Shown here: positions 11,313 through 25,521 of the stretch, piece by piece
Layout of the letters: the number at the start of each line of letters is the position of its first letter
Numbering within the stretch: the first letter of the stretch is position 1
Assembly: GCA_021613535.1 (NCBI GenBank)
Contig: CP075492.1
Coordinates: 18,104,001 to 18,168,000 of the forward strand
Direction: 5' to 3'
Length of the DNA stretch: 64,000 nt
Source of the DNA: Adineta vaga
Lineage: Eukaryota > Animalia > Rotifera
Translations under genes and position numbers: made by a program
Notes under the pieces: generated by a model
Databases searched by the model: none
The model's input: the letters and a program-made list of their open reading frames with translations, nothing else
Told to the model about the DNA's origin: nothing

Positions 11313-14300
11313 CCCATCTTGCTCGATCTAGATCAGGATACAATTCGTATGATGATCCTATTATTTTTATTTTTTACCCTCTTGCTCGATCTAGATCAGG
11401 ATACAATTCGTATGATGATCATATTATTTTTATTTTTTACCCTCTTGCTCGATCTAGATCAGAATACACTTCGTATGATGATCCTATTATTTTTATTTTT
11501 TACCCTCTTGCTCGATCTAGATCAGGATATAATTCGTATGATGATCCTATTATTTTTATTTTTTACCCTCTTGCTCGATCTAGATCAGGATACAATTCGT
11601 ATGATGATCATATTATTTTTATTTTTTACCCTCTTGCTCGATCTAGATCAGGATACAATTCGTATGATGATCCTATTATTTTTTTTTTTACCCTCTTGCT
11701 CGATCTAGATCAGGACATAATTCGTATGATGATCATATTATTTTTTTTTTACCCTCTTGCTCGATCTAGATCAGGATACAATTCGTATGATGATATATTT
11801 TTTTTATTTTTTACCCTCTTGCTCGATCTAGATCAGGATATAATTCGTATGATGATCCTATTATTTTTTTTTTTACCCTCTTGCTCGATCTAGATCAGGA
11901 TACAATTCGTATGATGATCCTATTATTTTTTTTTTTACCCTCTTGCTCGATCTAGATCAGGATATAATTCGTATGATGATCCTATTATTTTTTTTTTTAC
12001 CCTCTTGCTCGATCTAGATCAGGATACAATTCGTATGATGATCATATTATTTTTATTTTTTACCTCTTGCTCGATCTAGATCAGAATACACTTCGTATGA
12101 TGATCCTATTATTTTTTATTTTTTACCCTCTTGCTCGATCTAGATCAGGATACAATTCGTATGATGATCATATTATTTTTATTTTTTCTCCTCTTGCTCG
12201 ATCTAGATCAGAATACAATTCGTATGATGATCCTATTATTTTTATTTTTTACCCTCTTGCTCGATCTAGATCAGGATACAATTCGTATGATGATCATATT
12301 ATTTTTATTTTTTACCCTCTTGCTCGATCTAGATCAGGATATAATTCGTATGATGATCCTATTATTTTTTTTTACCCTCTTGCTCGATCTAGATCAGGAT
12401 ACACTTCGTATGATGATCCTATTATTTTTATTTTTTACCCTCTTGCTCGATCTAGATCAGGATACAATTCGTATGATGATCCTATTATTTTTTTTTTTAC
12501 CCTCTTGCTCGATCTAGATCAGGATATAATTCGTATGATGATCCTATTATTTTTTTTTTTACCCTCTTGCTCGATCTAGATCAGGATACAATTCGTATGA
12601 TGATCATATTATTTTTATTTTTTACCCTCTTGCTCGATCTAGATCAGGATACAATTCGTATGATGATCCTATTATTTTTATTTTTTACCCTCTTGCTCGA
12701 TCTAGATCAGAATACACTTCGTATGATGATCATATTATTTTTTTTTTACCCTCTTGCTCGATCTAGATCAGGATATAATTCGTATGATGATCCTATTATT
12801 TTTATTTTTTACCCTCTTGCTCGATCTAGATCAGGATACAATTCGTATGATGATCATATTATTTTTATTTTTTTACCCTCTTGCTCGATCTAGATCAGAA
12901 TACACTTCGTATGATGATATATTATTTTTTTTTTACCCTCTTGCTCGATCTAGATCAGGATATAATTCGTATGATGATCCTATTATTTTTATTTTTTACC
13001 CTCTTGCTCGATCTAGATCAGGATACAATTCGTATGATGATCATATTATTTTTATTTTTTACCCTCTTGCTCGATCTAGATCAGAATACACTTCGTATGA
13101 TGATCCTATTATTTTTATTTTTTACCCTCTTGCTCGATCTAGATCAGGATACAATTCGTATGATGATCATATTATTTTTATTTTTTACCCTCTTGCTCGA
13201 TCTAGATCAGGATACAATTCGTATGATGATCCTATTATTTTTTTTTTTTACCCTCTTGCTCGATCTAGATCAGGATACAATTCGTATGATGATCATATTA
13301 TTTTTATTTTTTACCCTCTTGCTCGATCTAGATCAGGATATAATTCGTATGATGATCCTATTATTTTTTTTTTACCCTCTTGCTCGATCTAGATCAGGAT
13401 ACAATTCGTATGATGATCATATTATTTTTATTTTTTACCCTCTTGCTCGATCTAGATCAGGATATAATTCGTATGATGATCCTATTATTTTTTTTTTACC
13501 CTCTTGCTCGATCTAGATCAGGATACAATTCGTATGATGATCCTATTATTTTTATTTTTTACCCTCTTGCTCGATCTAGATCAGGATACAATTCGTATGA
13601 TGATCATATTATTTTTATTTTTTACCCTCTTGCTCGATCTAGATCAGGATACAATTCGTATGATGATCATATTATTTTTATTTTTTACCCTCTTGCTCGA
13701 TCTAGATCAGGATACAATTCGTATGATGATCCTATTATTTTTATTTTTTACCCTCTTGCTCGATCTAGATCAGGATACAATTCGTATGATGATCATATTA
13801 TTTTTATTTTTTACCCTCTTGCTCGATCTAGATCAGGATACAATTCGTATGATGATCCTATTATTTTTATTTTTTACCCTCTTGCTCGATCTAGATCAGG
13901 ATACAATTCGTATGATGATCATATTATTTTTATTTTTTACCCTCTTGCTCGATCTAGATCAGAATACACTTCGTATGATGATCATATTATTTTTATTTTT
14001 TACCCTCTTGCTCGATCTAGATCAGGATATAATTCGTATGATGATCCTATTATTTTTATTTTTTACCCTCTTGCTCGATCTAGATCAGGATACAATTCGT
14101 ATGATGATCATATTATTTTTATTTTTTACCCTCTTGCTCGATCTAGATCAGAATACACTTCGTATGATGATCATATTATTTTTTTTTTACCCTCTTGCTC
14201 GATCTAGATCAGGATACACTTCGTATGATGATCATATTATTTTTTTTTTACCCTCTTGCTCGATCTAGATCAGGATACAATTCGTATGATGATCATATTA

Positions 14301-16101
14301 TTTTTATTTTTTACCCTCTTGCTCGATCTAGATCAGGATATAATTCGTATGATGATCCTATTATTTTTTTTTTTACCCTCTTGCTCGATCTAGATCAGGA
14401 TACAATTCGTATGATGATCATATTATTTTTTTTTTTTACCCTCTTGCTCGATCTAGATCAGGATATAATTCGTATGATGATCCTATTATTTTTTTTTTAC
14501 CCTCTTGCTCGATCTAGATCAGGATACAATTCGTATGATGATCATATTATTTTTATTTTTTACCCTCTTGCTCGATCTAGATCAGAATAGACTTCGTATG
14601 ATGATCATATTATTTTTTTTTTACCCTCTTGCTCGATCTAGATCAGGATACACTTCGTATGATGATCATATTATTTTTTTTTTACCCTCTTGCTCGATCT
14701 AGATCAGGATACAATTCGTATGATGATCATATTATTTTTATTTTTTACCCTCTTGCTCGATCTAGATCAGGATATAATTCGTATGATGATCCTATTATTT
14801 TTTTTTTACCCTCTTGCTCGATCTAGATCAGGATACAATTCGTATGATGATCATATTATTTTTATTTTTTACCCTCTTGCTCGATCTAGATCAGGATATA
14901 ATTCGTATGATGATCATATTATTTTTATTTTTTACCTTCTTGCTCGATCTAGATCAGAATACACTTCGTATGATGATCCTATTATTTTTATTTTTTACCC
15001 TCTTGCTCGATCTAGATCAGGATATAATTCGGATAATGATCCTATTATTTTTATTTTTTACCCTCTTGCTCGATCTAGATCAGGATATAATTCAGATAAT
15101 GATCATATCATTTTTATTTTTTCCCATCTTGCTCGATCTAGATCAGGATACAATTCGTATGATGATCATATTATTTTTATTTTACCCTCTTGCTCGATCT
15201 AGATCAGGATATAATTCGTATGATGATCATATTATTTTTATTTTTTACCTTCTTGCTCGATCTAGATCAGAATACACTTCGTATGATGATCCTATTATTT
15301 TTATTTTTTACCCTCTTGCTCGATCTAGATCAGGATACAATTCGTATGATGATCATATTATTTTTATTTTACCCTCTTGCTCGATCTAGATCAGGATATA
15401 ATTCGTATGATGATCATATTATTTTTATTTTTTACCTTCTTGCTCGATCTAGATCAGAATACAATTCGTATGATGATCATATTATTTTTATTTTTTACCC
15501 TCTTGCTCGATCTAGATCAGAATACACTTCGTATGATGATCATATTATTTTTTTTTTACCCTCTTGCTCGATCTAGATCAGGATATAATTCGTATGATGA
15601 TCCTATTATTTTTTTTTTACCCTCTTGCTCGATCTAGATCAGGATACAATTCGTATGATGATCATATTATTTTTATTTTTTACCCTCTTGCTCGATCTAG
15701 ATCAGGATATAATTCGTATGATGATCATATTATTTTTATTTTTTACCTTCTTGCTCGATCTAGATCAGAATACACTTCGTATGATGATCCTATTATTTTT
15801 ATTTTTTACCCTCTTGCTCGATCTAGATCAGGATATAATTCGGATAATGATCCTATTATTTTTATTTTTTACCCTCTTGCTCGATCTAGATCAGGATATA
15901 ATTCGGATAATGATCCTATTATTTTTATTTTTTACCCTCTTGCTCGATCTAGATCAGGATATAATTCAGATAATGATCATATCATTTTTATTTTTTCCCA
16001 TCTTGCTCGATCTAGATCAGGATACAATTCGTATGATGATCATATTATTTTTATTTTTTTCCATCTTCCTCGATCTAGATCAGGATACAATTCGTATGAT
16101 C
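11313..16101. repeat. Tandem array of 61-64-bp units (about 75-77 copies, estimated from length)
   Basis: Unit CCCTCTTGCTCGATCTAGATCAGGATACAATTCGTATGATGATCATATTATTTTTATTTTTTA. Contains the palindrome GATCTAGATC. Length variation comes from the T-run; there are no unique spacers. Confidence 0.97.
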
Positions 16102-16442
16102 TTTCCGACAGTGGAATGTTATATAAAACGGACAAATGATGGAAAGTTGCATAGTATTTTGATTCTTTTAATCGGTTTTTTTTTGTAGCTTGCTAATTCG
16201 GAAGCAGTTGAACAAGCCATAGACGCAATGTGGAAAATACTGACTAAATAGGTGTGATTTTTTTAAAATTTAATCGGTAAATGAGCTTTATGTTGATGAG
16301 AAAAGTGAAGCAGTGTTCAAAGTTGGGTGGTCTGTTAGCGACCCCTATGGTTTAAATGGTTGATTAGCGGTTATTGGATAGACGAGGGATGATTGGAAAT
16401 GACGGATTCTTCTGTGTTAATCGTTTATTTTTGGTTACGAAT

Positions 16443-17908
16443 ATGTGGTCAAGTTATACTGTACCTCAAGGTACCCATTATATTCATTACATTTTACCAA
16501 GTGCTAAGTTATACTATAAACTTCGTACGTTATTGGACGATGTAATAGTAATGAAAGAAAATGGACAAAAGTCGATCATTATTGGTGTTGAACATGAAAA
16601 TCGGAAACGCTTATTTTTAAACGTAACATTCGATGAATTATCGAAGGTATTACAAAGCTTAGATGTATCGAAACGAACACTATACGAAGTTTTGTGTGAA
16701 AAAAAAAATTGTAAATTATACTTTGATGTTGATATTCATATAACAAATTCGTTGACAATGAACGTTGAAGAATCATTGTTAATTCTACAAAATCTTTTCC
16801 ATTGTTTTATTTTGGATTGGACTAATAAATACACGAAAAAATCAACCGGAATTGGGGATCATTTTCTTGTTTTATGTGCAACAACAGAAGCAAAATACAG
16901 CTATCATTTAATATACACAAACACAGAAATTAGATTTCATTCACAACAAATTGTATTTAAATTTATTAAAATGTTATTACAGCATTGTTCATATTTTATA
17001 TTATCGCATCCATGTCATGAACATCTCGTACAACCAAATAGTATGAATGCAGCAAATGATCTCGATGGCTGTATTAAATGCTTACAAATGATTTTAATGC
17101 ATATAGATTTTTGTAGTTGTATAATACCTGAAACAAAAGTAACCTGTAAAAACTTTCAAAAACTTCTTTTCAAAAGTAATCTTATTTTTTTGTACTTCAC
17201 ATATATAGTTTTATTTTATTCTTGCTAGATTCAGATGGTTTATATCAATGGATTTTTGATCTTAATGTTTATAGTAATAATCAACAATTTAGATTATATC
17301 AATCGACGAAATTTGGAAAACACAATCCTTTGTTACCAACATCAGATTTTCCTTTTAATCCATGCAATAAACAATACGATATATCTATGAACAATGATGG
17401 CATTGATCATTCGATGCTTAAACATTCATTAATAGCTTATATATCAGATGATTCAAATATTGTAGTATTATCTTATAATGATAATAAATGGGTAGCGATG
17501 AATGAACATGATAATTCTATAACTGAATTAACTCCTAGTTACAATTTCGCGGATTCAAGCACAATAGCTAAATTTACAATTCAAAATAACTTAATTCAAG
17601 CAACAGCGACAAAATGCAAACAAGATTTATCTAACAATGAAGAATATTATAAAACTTTTATTTTCAAATTAATGAAAGAAACATATCATACGAACGGTCA
17701 CATACAATCGTGTCAAAAGGGTAGCAAAAATCGATCTATATTATTTTTTAATATTGGCGGTGATTTTCGATTTTGTGAACGATTACAACGTCATCACAAG
17801 TCAAATCAAACTTGCATCATCATCGATACATTTACAAATAATTACCAGATTAAATGTAAAGATCCAGACTGTAAAAACTTCAAACTGCCATGGAAAAAGA
17901 TATTTTAA
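16443..17908 (+). CDS. PRIMPOL: PrimPol-like archaeo-eukaryotic primase-polymerase with C-terminal UL52-type zinc finger, about 470 aa (start codon uncertain)
   Basis: Motif I YEVL...CKLYFDVD, motif II KYSYHL, motif III FDLNVYSNNQQFRLYQSTK, and zinc finger RFCERLQRHHKSN...KCKDPDC. A phase-1 GT-AG intron at 17176-17228 joins the two ORFs in frame. Confidence 0.88.
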
Positions 17909-18633
17909 CTTCTCTTAAATAAATATTGAACTATTGCTCATAATGATACAGAAGAATTTTTGAATATTTCAAACTTTGCTTTGAAAATAACTTCGAACTT
18001 TTAAACGTTATCTATTTCATCTCGTGATCATTGAACCATGTATCATAAAAAAACACATGAGATACTGAATGCATTGAAGAAAATTCATAACAATCTGGGA
18101 GATTAGAAATCATATTAGACTAATTAAATCATTTCGAAAAATAAAAAAATTTAATCAACTTTCATCCAAAGAAAATAATATAAAAATAGAATATTTGTCA
18201 GAAAAAAATTGCTCCTAGTCCAATAAATTTGACACTATACTATGAATCCGTATCATGTAAATCAGAATTTTAGATATAATTTTCTACCGTGGTAATATGA
18301 TAGATGTATCTTGAGTTTCAAATCACATCTATCTATTTAATTTTAGCGTATTTCGGTTAGTGGCTCCATCTTGTGATCATGTTATTTTTTTCTAATATTG
18401 ATCTGTCTACTATTAAATTTAAAAAATTATTTAGTGAAGAATGATAATAGATATATAAGTTACATCTTAATTGTATGTAAGCTGTAATCATATTGTCTAT
18501 GTAACTTCATACGTTTGCACTCACCGTTCGTTAATCGAGTCGACAAAAAGAAGAAAGAATTTTTAAACGAACATTTTATATATTTTTTTCAATTTGATGT
18601 TTCAAACCTGTATCATAATTTAATATTTTTTAG

Positions 18634-21600
18634 GAAAAGAAATCGATCTGGACCGTTCACAACCATCACTTACTCACATCTTTGCTGTTCGTGGCATGTT
18701 AGGAAAGAAAATGCAAACATTTGATGCCGATGCATCTGAATACATTCAACCTTATTTAAATGCTTTGAACTCAAATAAACCACATGTTGGCATTAGTTCC
18801 CGTGCAATTACATCTTACGAACAAGCTGTTGAACGTCGTGGTGCCGAAATGATTGTGCGTATTGCATCAAACATACAATATATGAAAAATATTCTTGAAA
18901 TTATTCATGAAGTTAATAATATCGATTTTCATGAATGTAATCAAAATTTTATTGACCAGGTCGAAGCTATAATTCAATTAAAATATGGATTATCAACAAA
19001 CAATTTACCAAAAAATACTGCATTGGCAACGAATACACAATCGAAAATGATCATTACCAAACAAACATGTGAAGAATCAGTATCCATATTTCTTAGTTTA
19101 TTGATGCCGCAACATTTTACACTGATGAATTCTCGTATTAACAATGATGTAAAAGAAACACAATCTGAATTAACCTTACAAACAAAAATTGTAAAACTTA
19201 CATATCGTGTCTTCCATAAAACAACATTACATGGTAACGACGGTATATTGAAAAATATTGACAAAGATTTAATCAGTTATTTATTGGAACGTATGGTTCG
19301 TCGTGGTATTTTAAAGAAAGGATATTATTTAAAATCCGAACATTCTGTTAAATATGAATCATATTTGAAACATTTACCATCAAATGAATTGGAACAACAA
19401 GAATTAGTATTTGAATTAAATAAGCATCACGTATCATGGGAAGAATATCAAGAGATTTACGAAAATAGCTATATTTTACCAGCTAATACATCTTTGACGG
19501 CCGATGGTTTTCGAGAATTGCAAAATCAATATCCTTATGGTGTTATTACAAACGATACTCAAATTCGTCAATCACCACTTATTTCAAATCCTTCAAATTC
19601 TTTACAAGAATCGACAACAGGTAATTAAGTAAAGCATATTAGTGTTCTTCAGAAAGGTTTGATATTATTTTGTTATAAAGAAATGCTTGAAAATTTTTGC
19701 CTTCACTTTTCACAGAATTTCTTTTTTTTTAGCAATCCATCATCTTCATACGTTGAATCCGTCATCGAGTGATGCACCAGATAACCAACAAACAACTAAT
19801 ACTGCAATACAAGATGATCCATCTTTAAATTTAAGTAAGATGTTTCAAATTTTCGCTCTTGTAGCTTACCGCCTATTTCATTTCACAGGCAACATCACAA
19901 CTGGTGATATTTCAGTTTTACAAAATTATCCAGAGTTGTCCGAAATTTTACAACTGAATACTGGTAGGAACTTTAAATACACCCTCTAGTTTAATAATTA
20001 TTGTAAAAACTGTATTTCATTTCAGGAGATCGAGAAATCAATTGTCAACGATCACTAACAAGTACTGTAAATCGATCCAATAACCAATCAAAACAAACAA
20101 AAAGTAAGGACTTTTTATTGTATAAAAATAATGTAATCGAAAATATTCATTTTCTACTTATTTACTATAATTTCATCATAGTTGGACATCATGCTATTTT
20201 GGAACCAAAAAACGATGATTCTTCGATCAGTGAAATGGAAGTACAACAACAAGGTGATATTTTTAAACAAGGTAAATACTACATTATTACTTTTTTATTT
20301 TCATAATTTTTTCGCTCTTTTCTCTTTTTGCGTCTTATAGAATCAGCATCATTGGATAATTTACAAAATATTATTGATACATCAGTCAATCATGAAAATT
20401 CAACACCTGCATACAAAGAAACTGGTAGGCTGAAAAGAAAGAAATCGTCATCAATTGCAATATATTATTTATATGTCCTTTTTTGTCTTATTTTGTGTAT
20501 GTATTCTAGAAAAAAATCGATCAACTAGTCAAGATTCGTCGATTTTACAAGATGAAACAGATGTTCAACAAAATCATGCATCAAAAACCTTATCATTAGC
20601 TGTGCAGCATCAATCTGAAATGATCAATCAAGATAATCTTCCTTTACATGGTATTCCGCTTATCTATTTTTCTTTAAAATATGTCGCTCTTATTTTTGTA
20701 TTAACCAACAAAATTCTTTTTTTTCTTGTTTAGAAATCGAAACTTATAAGCAATTCAAAACTCATGTTCATATTACATCAACACCTGATGAATTCTTTTC
20801 TAATAGTATAGTTATATATTGTATTTCAATACACTTTTTTCATCTCTCATTAAGGTAATCAACCAAATCATATTACAATACCGGCTAGCGGACAGTGCAA
20901 TGAAAAATCGGATCATGTACACAAGGACTGTTCAGCATCAACAAATGGAAGTCAAATAAGTGAAATATCATCAAAGGAAAACTTAAGCCGTGAAGGTATT
21001 TTCAGATATACTTATAATATGTATTACTTAGCAAATATTTTTGATTTTAGACAGCAACAAATCCAAAAATCTTGAAGGTTCATCATCGTCTTCCAAAAAT
21101 GCATTGGATGCATTTGATCCAGTACGAGCATTAGAAGATCCAAAAACTATACCACGACGAATTATGTTAAAATGCAAACAAATGCTTTTATTCGGCTCAC
21201 CAATCATAACAAAAACGAGTTGGAATCGTCGATTTGGCGGCGATTCCGATTTATGTCAATCAGCCGTTCAACTACTATTCCATGCCAAACTGTTGTTGGA
21301 AGGGCAATTTACAACTACTGCGACCAAGTCTTATCTCAGCTGGATTAAAATATTACCAAATGATTCCACCAATATAGCAATTACATTGAATTTTCAACAA
21401 AAAAAATTAGATATATTTGGTATAACATGGGAACAGTATGCGTCATCGTTCAAAAAAAATCGAATTTGGTCATAACAACGCTACAACATTAATATCAAAA
21501 GAAGGTGCTGAAATTCTCCGATCCAAACCATACCAGGATGTGGGTTTCATCATGGACGAATCTATCGTATTAACAAAGAAGAGCAAAAGTAATGCGTCGA

Positions 21601-22519
21601 ATATTTTTGAAAAAATGTAAATCTTTTGTCTTTATAGATTCAGAAACATTGAACATACCGGAACCAGTACGCAATCCGACCATTAATGAATCAGAATCAT
21701 CAGTTTCGATGATGTCAGTTGGTAAGTTTTCTGTATAAGCATTTTCATTTGTATGACTGTTTTTTGTAATATTTAGAATATGCTGAACCTGATCTAACAT
21801 TAGATAATGTCGCCAATATTACATTAGTTCAAGATGATTCAGGTAATACTTAGATTTATCGACTAATTTCATTTCAATACACTGTATGATGGATAGTTTA
21901 TCGGAATTTTATTATTTTATAAGCAAAGTTGCTTCAGTGAGAAAATTATCTTATAAAAAGCATCTAAAAAGAAACAATATACTTCCTTTTGGAGCTGATT
22001 TGTATAAGAATTTTAAAATTATAGATTCAAATTCAAGTGCTGCAAATTTGGCTAGTACTGCTGTGATTCCATCTCAAGCTGCTGCAACTAGTCCATCCTC
22101 TGATGAAATTCAAACTATTCATTTGAACTCAGTCACCACAGGTAACAAGCTTTAACATTTCTTTATTTTATATGTTTAGAAAAACGACGAAGTTTTCAAA
22201 ATAGGGTAGTTTGAATTCACATGAATTGTACAATCTATCGTTGAATTATCTGAGTACTTGATATCTAATCATTCACATGTTTGACATTATTCGAGATACT
22301 TAAATACAGAGTTCAGTATATAAATATTATTAATTTCAACTTGCCGTTTGAAATATTTGATTATAGCAGTCAACAACGTATTATTAAAATGATTGTTTTT
22401 ATATTATAGATATCTCATCGAATGCCTCAGCATCAACGAATTCATCAACACCAAAACGAACAAGACGTCTTATAAGTCCAATCAGAACAAGGTCAAAAAG
22501 TCGACGTATTGAAAATTAA
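18634..22519 (+). CDS. Multi-exon protein of uncertain function: possible DUF3987/AAA+ helical lid, two copies of a related domain, S/T/Q-rich micro-exons and a basic tail; 5' end not found
   Basis: Exon 18634-19620 is open (QPSLTHIFAVRGMLG...FDADA...RRGAEMIVRIA...ITKQTCEES). About a dozen short GT-AG exons follow, with a larger exon near 21051-21590 that has a frameshift in the A-run at ~21452-21459. Ends KRTRRLISPIRTRSKSRRIEN* at 22519. Confidence 0.6.
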
Positions 22520-23207
22520 AATTATCTTTGTTTGATGTATTAATTTCTGCTTTGTTTGTTTTGTCTGTGTGTTAGCCATTTATTTCTGCTTCATCTTGTG
22601 TTTTATTGTGAACTATTCTTGTTTTTTTTTGTTTACTTTTTGTTATACTTGATACTCTTGTGTTCTTATAACTGTTTTTCTTGTTTTCCTATTTACGTGT
22701 AGGTCTAGTAATTGAAAATTATTTAATCAAGTTAAGAGATTTAATGCTAGTCTTTATTGTTTATCTTGTTCTTATATTGCATATCATATGCAATTCATAT
22801 CATCTTAATGAACATTCGTATGATCTTCTAGAAAATAACTCTTTTTTTTCGTTTTCTGTTTTGTTAAATAACTGACATGCTTAGTAATTATTTGTTCGAA
22901 CAGATACATTTTCTCGTTTGCTTCATTTTTTGTTTGTTATACATATACTGCTTGCATCATATTGAATAAATATGAAATTGAACTGTGATAATGAAATTGT
23001 AATTGTCATCAATAAGGAGAAAGTGAAATTTTATTATACATTGAGTAAAACGATTAGCTCTTTATAATTTCAACATTTGACTACAAAATGAGTGACGAAT
23101 TACATAATATTTTTTAGCTATATGTGATAAAAATCTGGAAATTTGTGATTTATTTCTTATAGATATATTTATACTGCATAATTTTATTTTATTTTATCGA
23201 CATTATC

Positions 23208-25521
23208 ATGTCATCTAACTATTTACTGACAGATAATGAAGAAATTTACATCATTACATTACATAGACACTTCAAAATCAATGTTCTGCAATTGATAAAT
23301 GATCTGAATAATCGTATGGATCATGATATACCAACTCGAGTGACCGATATTAAAATTATGGTTAATACAATGTTTAATACTGATTTATCCGTTACAACAG
23401 TAAATGAAATAATTAATCGATTAAATAATGGAGAGTTGAAACAGCTCTTTCACTCCTATGATGTTGATCAGTTGCTAACTAATTATATTGCAAGTTCAAT
23501 ATCTGATACCAACGCAACATTAATTTGTCTTAAACCATTTACAAATACATGTCTAACCTGTAAACAGGAACTTCAAATTTCATTTAATCAATATGTCACA
23601 ATTTATAATATGGGATCGATCATTAAAGGTGGTGTTTATTATTCTTCTTGCAACAATTGTAGAATGAAATATTATCCAAATTATTATGAACATATCACTA
23701 TTGGTGCAAAATTTGTCACACCAGCATCAATCTATAACCAAAAATATATTTACTTTGGTGGAAAGAAAGTTTACTCTACAGAATTGTTGATACATTTTAC
23801 ATCGGCGTTTCTCAGACAATATTCTGGTTTTGAAAACTTTCAGAATTCATACAATTTAACCATCAAAAAATATATTACTTTATCTGCAAATACCCATACA
23901 GTAAGCATTTATGACATCAGAAACAAAAAATATTTAGAAATTTCTCACAGTTTTGAAATAACAGAAAAACAATGAAACGGATGTCATATATATTTCATCT
24001 ATTTTAATGTTGTTGTATATTTTAGTCGAATGAAATAATGTCGGAAATTAGTCGTGAATATTTTTCAAATATCTGGTTCATTTATCAATTATGTTTATTT
24101 ACCTTCTTTATGAATGATACTTTGCAACTTGAAATACCAAAGTTACTCGATGATTTATCAATTTATAAATTTTTTGATGTTAACTATGATCAATGGTACA
24201 GTGATTTTGTAAACCATTGGGCAATACACCATCGAACCCATCCATGTGATTCTACAAAACAATTCCAAGGTGCTGATTGCATGACGGCATTTGTTGTAGA
24301 CGGAATGCAAAAAGTGGCAAGAGTAATCTGTAATAACAAAAACAAAATGCTTGTAACCAGTGAGTTTCCTGATGGCATCTACGTCGGATGTGGCAATACG
24401 CCCAAATCAAAATCTGGTTTATGTGAACGCTGTAAAGAAGAAGAAATAATACACGATAATGAAACATACTTGAAAACCAATGATGACAAAGGTATCTATG
24501 ATGATCCAACAACTGGCTGCAATGTATCAAGAGAAGATCGGTACGTAAAAAATGTTAATCACTGAATCTGTTTCATTATCATTCAGTTTAAGTTGCATAC
24601 AATTGATTCAGAAAACATCAAGAGGAAATTTACAGATCTACTAACATTTATCAATATGATTTTTTTATTATTATTATTTAAGTACAGAGAATTAGAAATA
24701 TGATAATTATACTCATATTATTTCTGAAATAAAAACTAGATTATTCTTGGTAAATTGATTTTATTCCATCATTTAAGAAATTCTGTACTGATGAGCTTGA
24801 CAATGATGATTACAAAGATATAGATGTGATATTATTCTTTGAATTGAAATATAAAATAATACAGTTTGATCATTCGTACGGATTTAATTCTAATAATTAT
24901 TTTACTTTTAGTTTCGTCGATATGGAGAAGAAAATTTCACAAGGTATTATATATACATTATCTCCATGTGGAATAATCATTGGCTTTGATGAAGTATATC
25001 ATTCAGAATCCTGTTATATAGCTTTGTGGCATTTATTCAGAATGATTAGTCTAGTTGACAATCAACATCATCAATTTTTACCAAATATACTGATTTATGA
25101 TAATGCTTGCAGTTTATATACTTATTTTTGGAATCGTTATGACAAGATTGAGATTAATCGACGTATTTTACAAACACCATCATCAAATTTAATTTCCCGA
25201 TGTTTATTTTTTATTGATCGTTTTCATCAACAAAATCACAAACGACCAATGTGTCAAAAAGAAAGAAACATCGACTATGCATATAAAGGAGCAATCAAAA
25301 TCAATACTGAAGCTGCTGAACAACGAAACAGTATATTGAAGCAATATCAAAATGCCTTATCCTCATATTCTTCCAAAAAGATTCGTATTACTTACTTAAT
25401 ATTATTTCATTTAATGAATGCCGAGCGTAACATGTGTGATGGTCAATTCGAATACAATCGAAATTATGCTCAAGGCAACTTTTCCGCCAATGACAATTCA
25501 TTCAATACAATTTCCGATTAA
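23208..25521 (+). CDS. KDZ (Kyakuja-Dileera-Zisupton) transposase with CxC5 and CxC6 cysteine clusters, about 605 aa
   Basis: Exons 23208-23900, 24026-24540 and 24912-25521 (phase 0 and phase 2 GT-AG introns) give a stop-free frame. CxC5-like CLTC...CNNCRMKYYPNYY. CxC6-like HPC...C..AFVVDG...C...GCGNTP...CERC. Catalytic-region motifs PCGII...SES, YDNAC, IDRFHQQNH...C and NTEAAEQ. Confidence 0.85.

Noticed and set aside
11313-16101. CRISPR array
   Set aside because: The sequence between the palindromic cores is near-identical, not unique spacers. There are no cas genes and the context is eukaryotic.
11088-16188. Many overlapping ORFs (LLLDLDQDTIRMM / YPLARSRSGYNSYDD repeats)
   Set aside because: By-products of a 63-bp unit lacking stops in two frames. 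T-run length changes shift the frame constantly.
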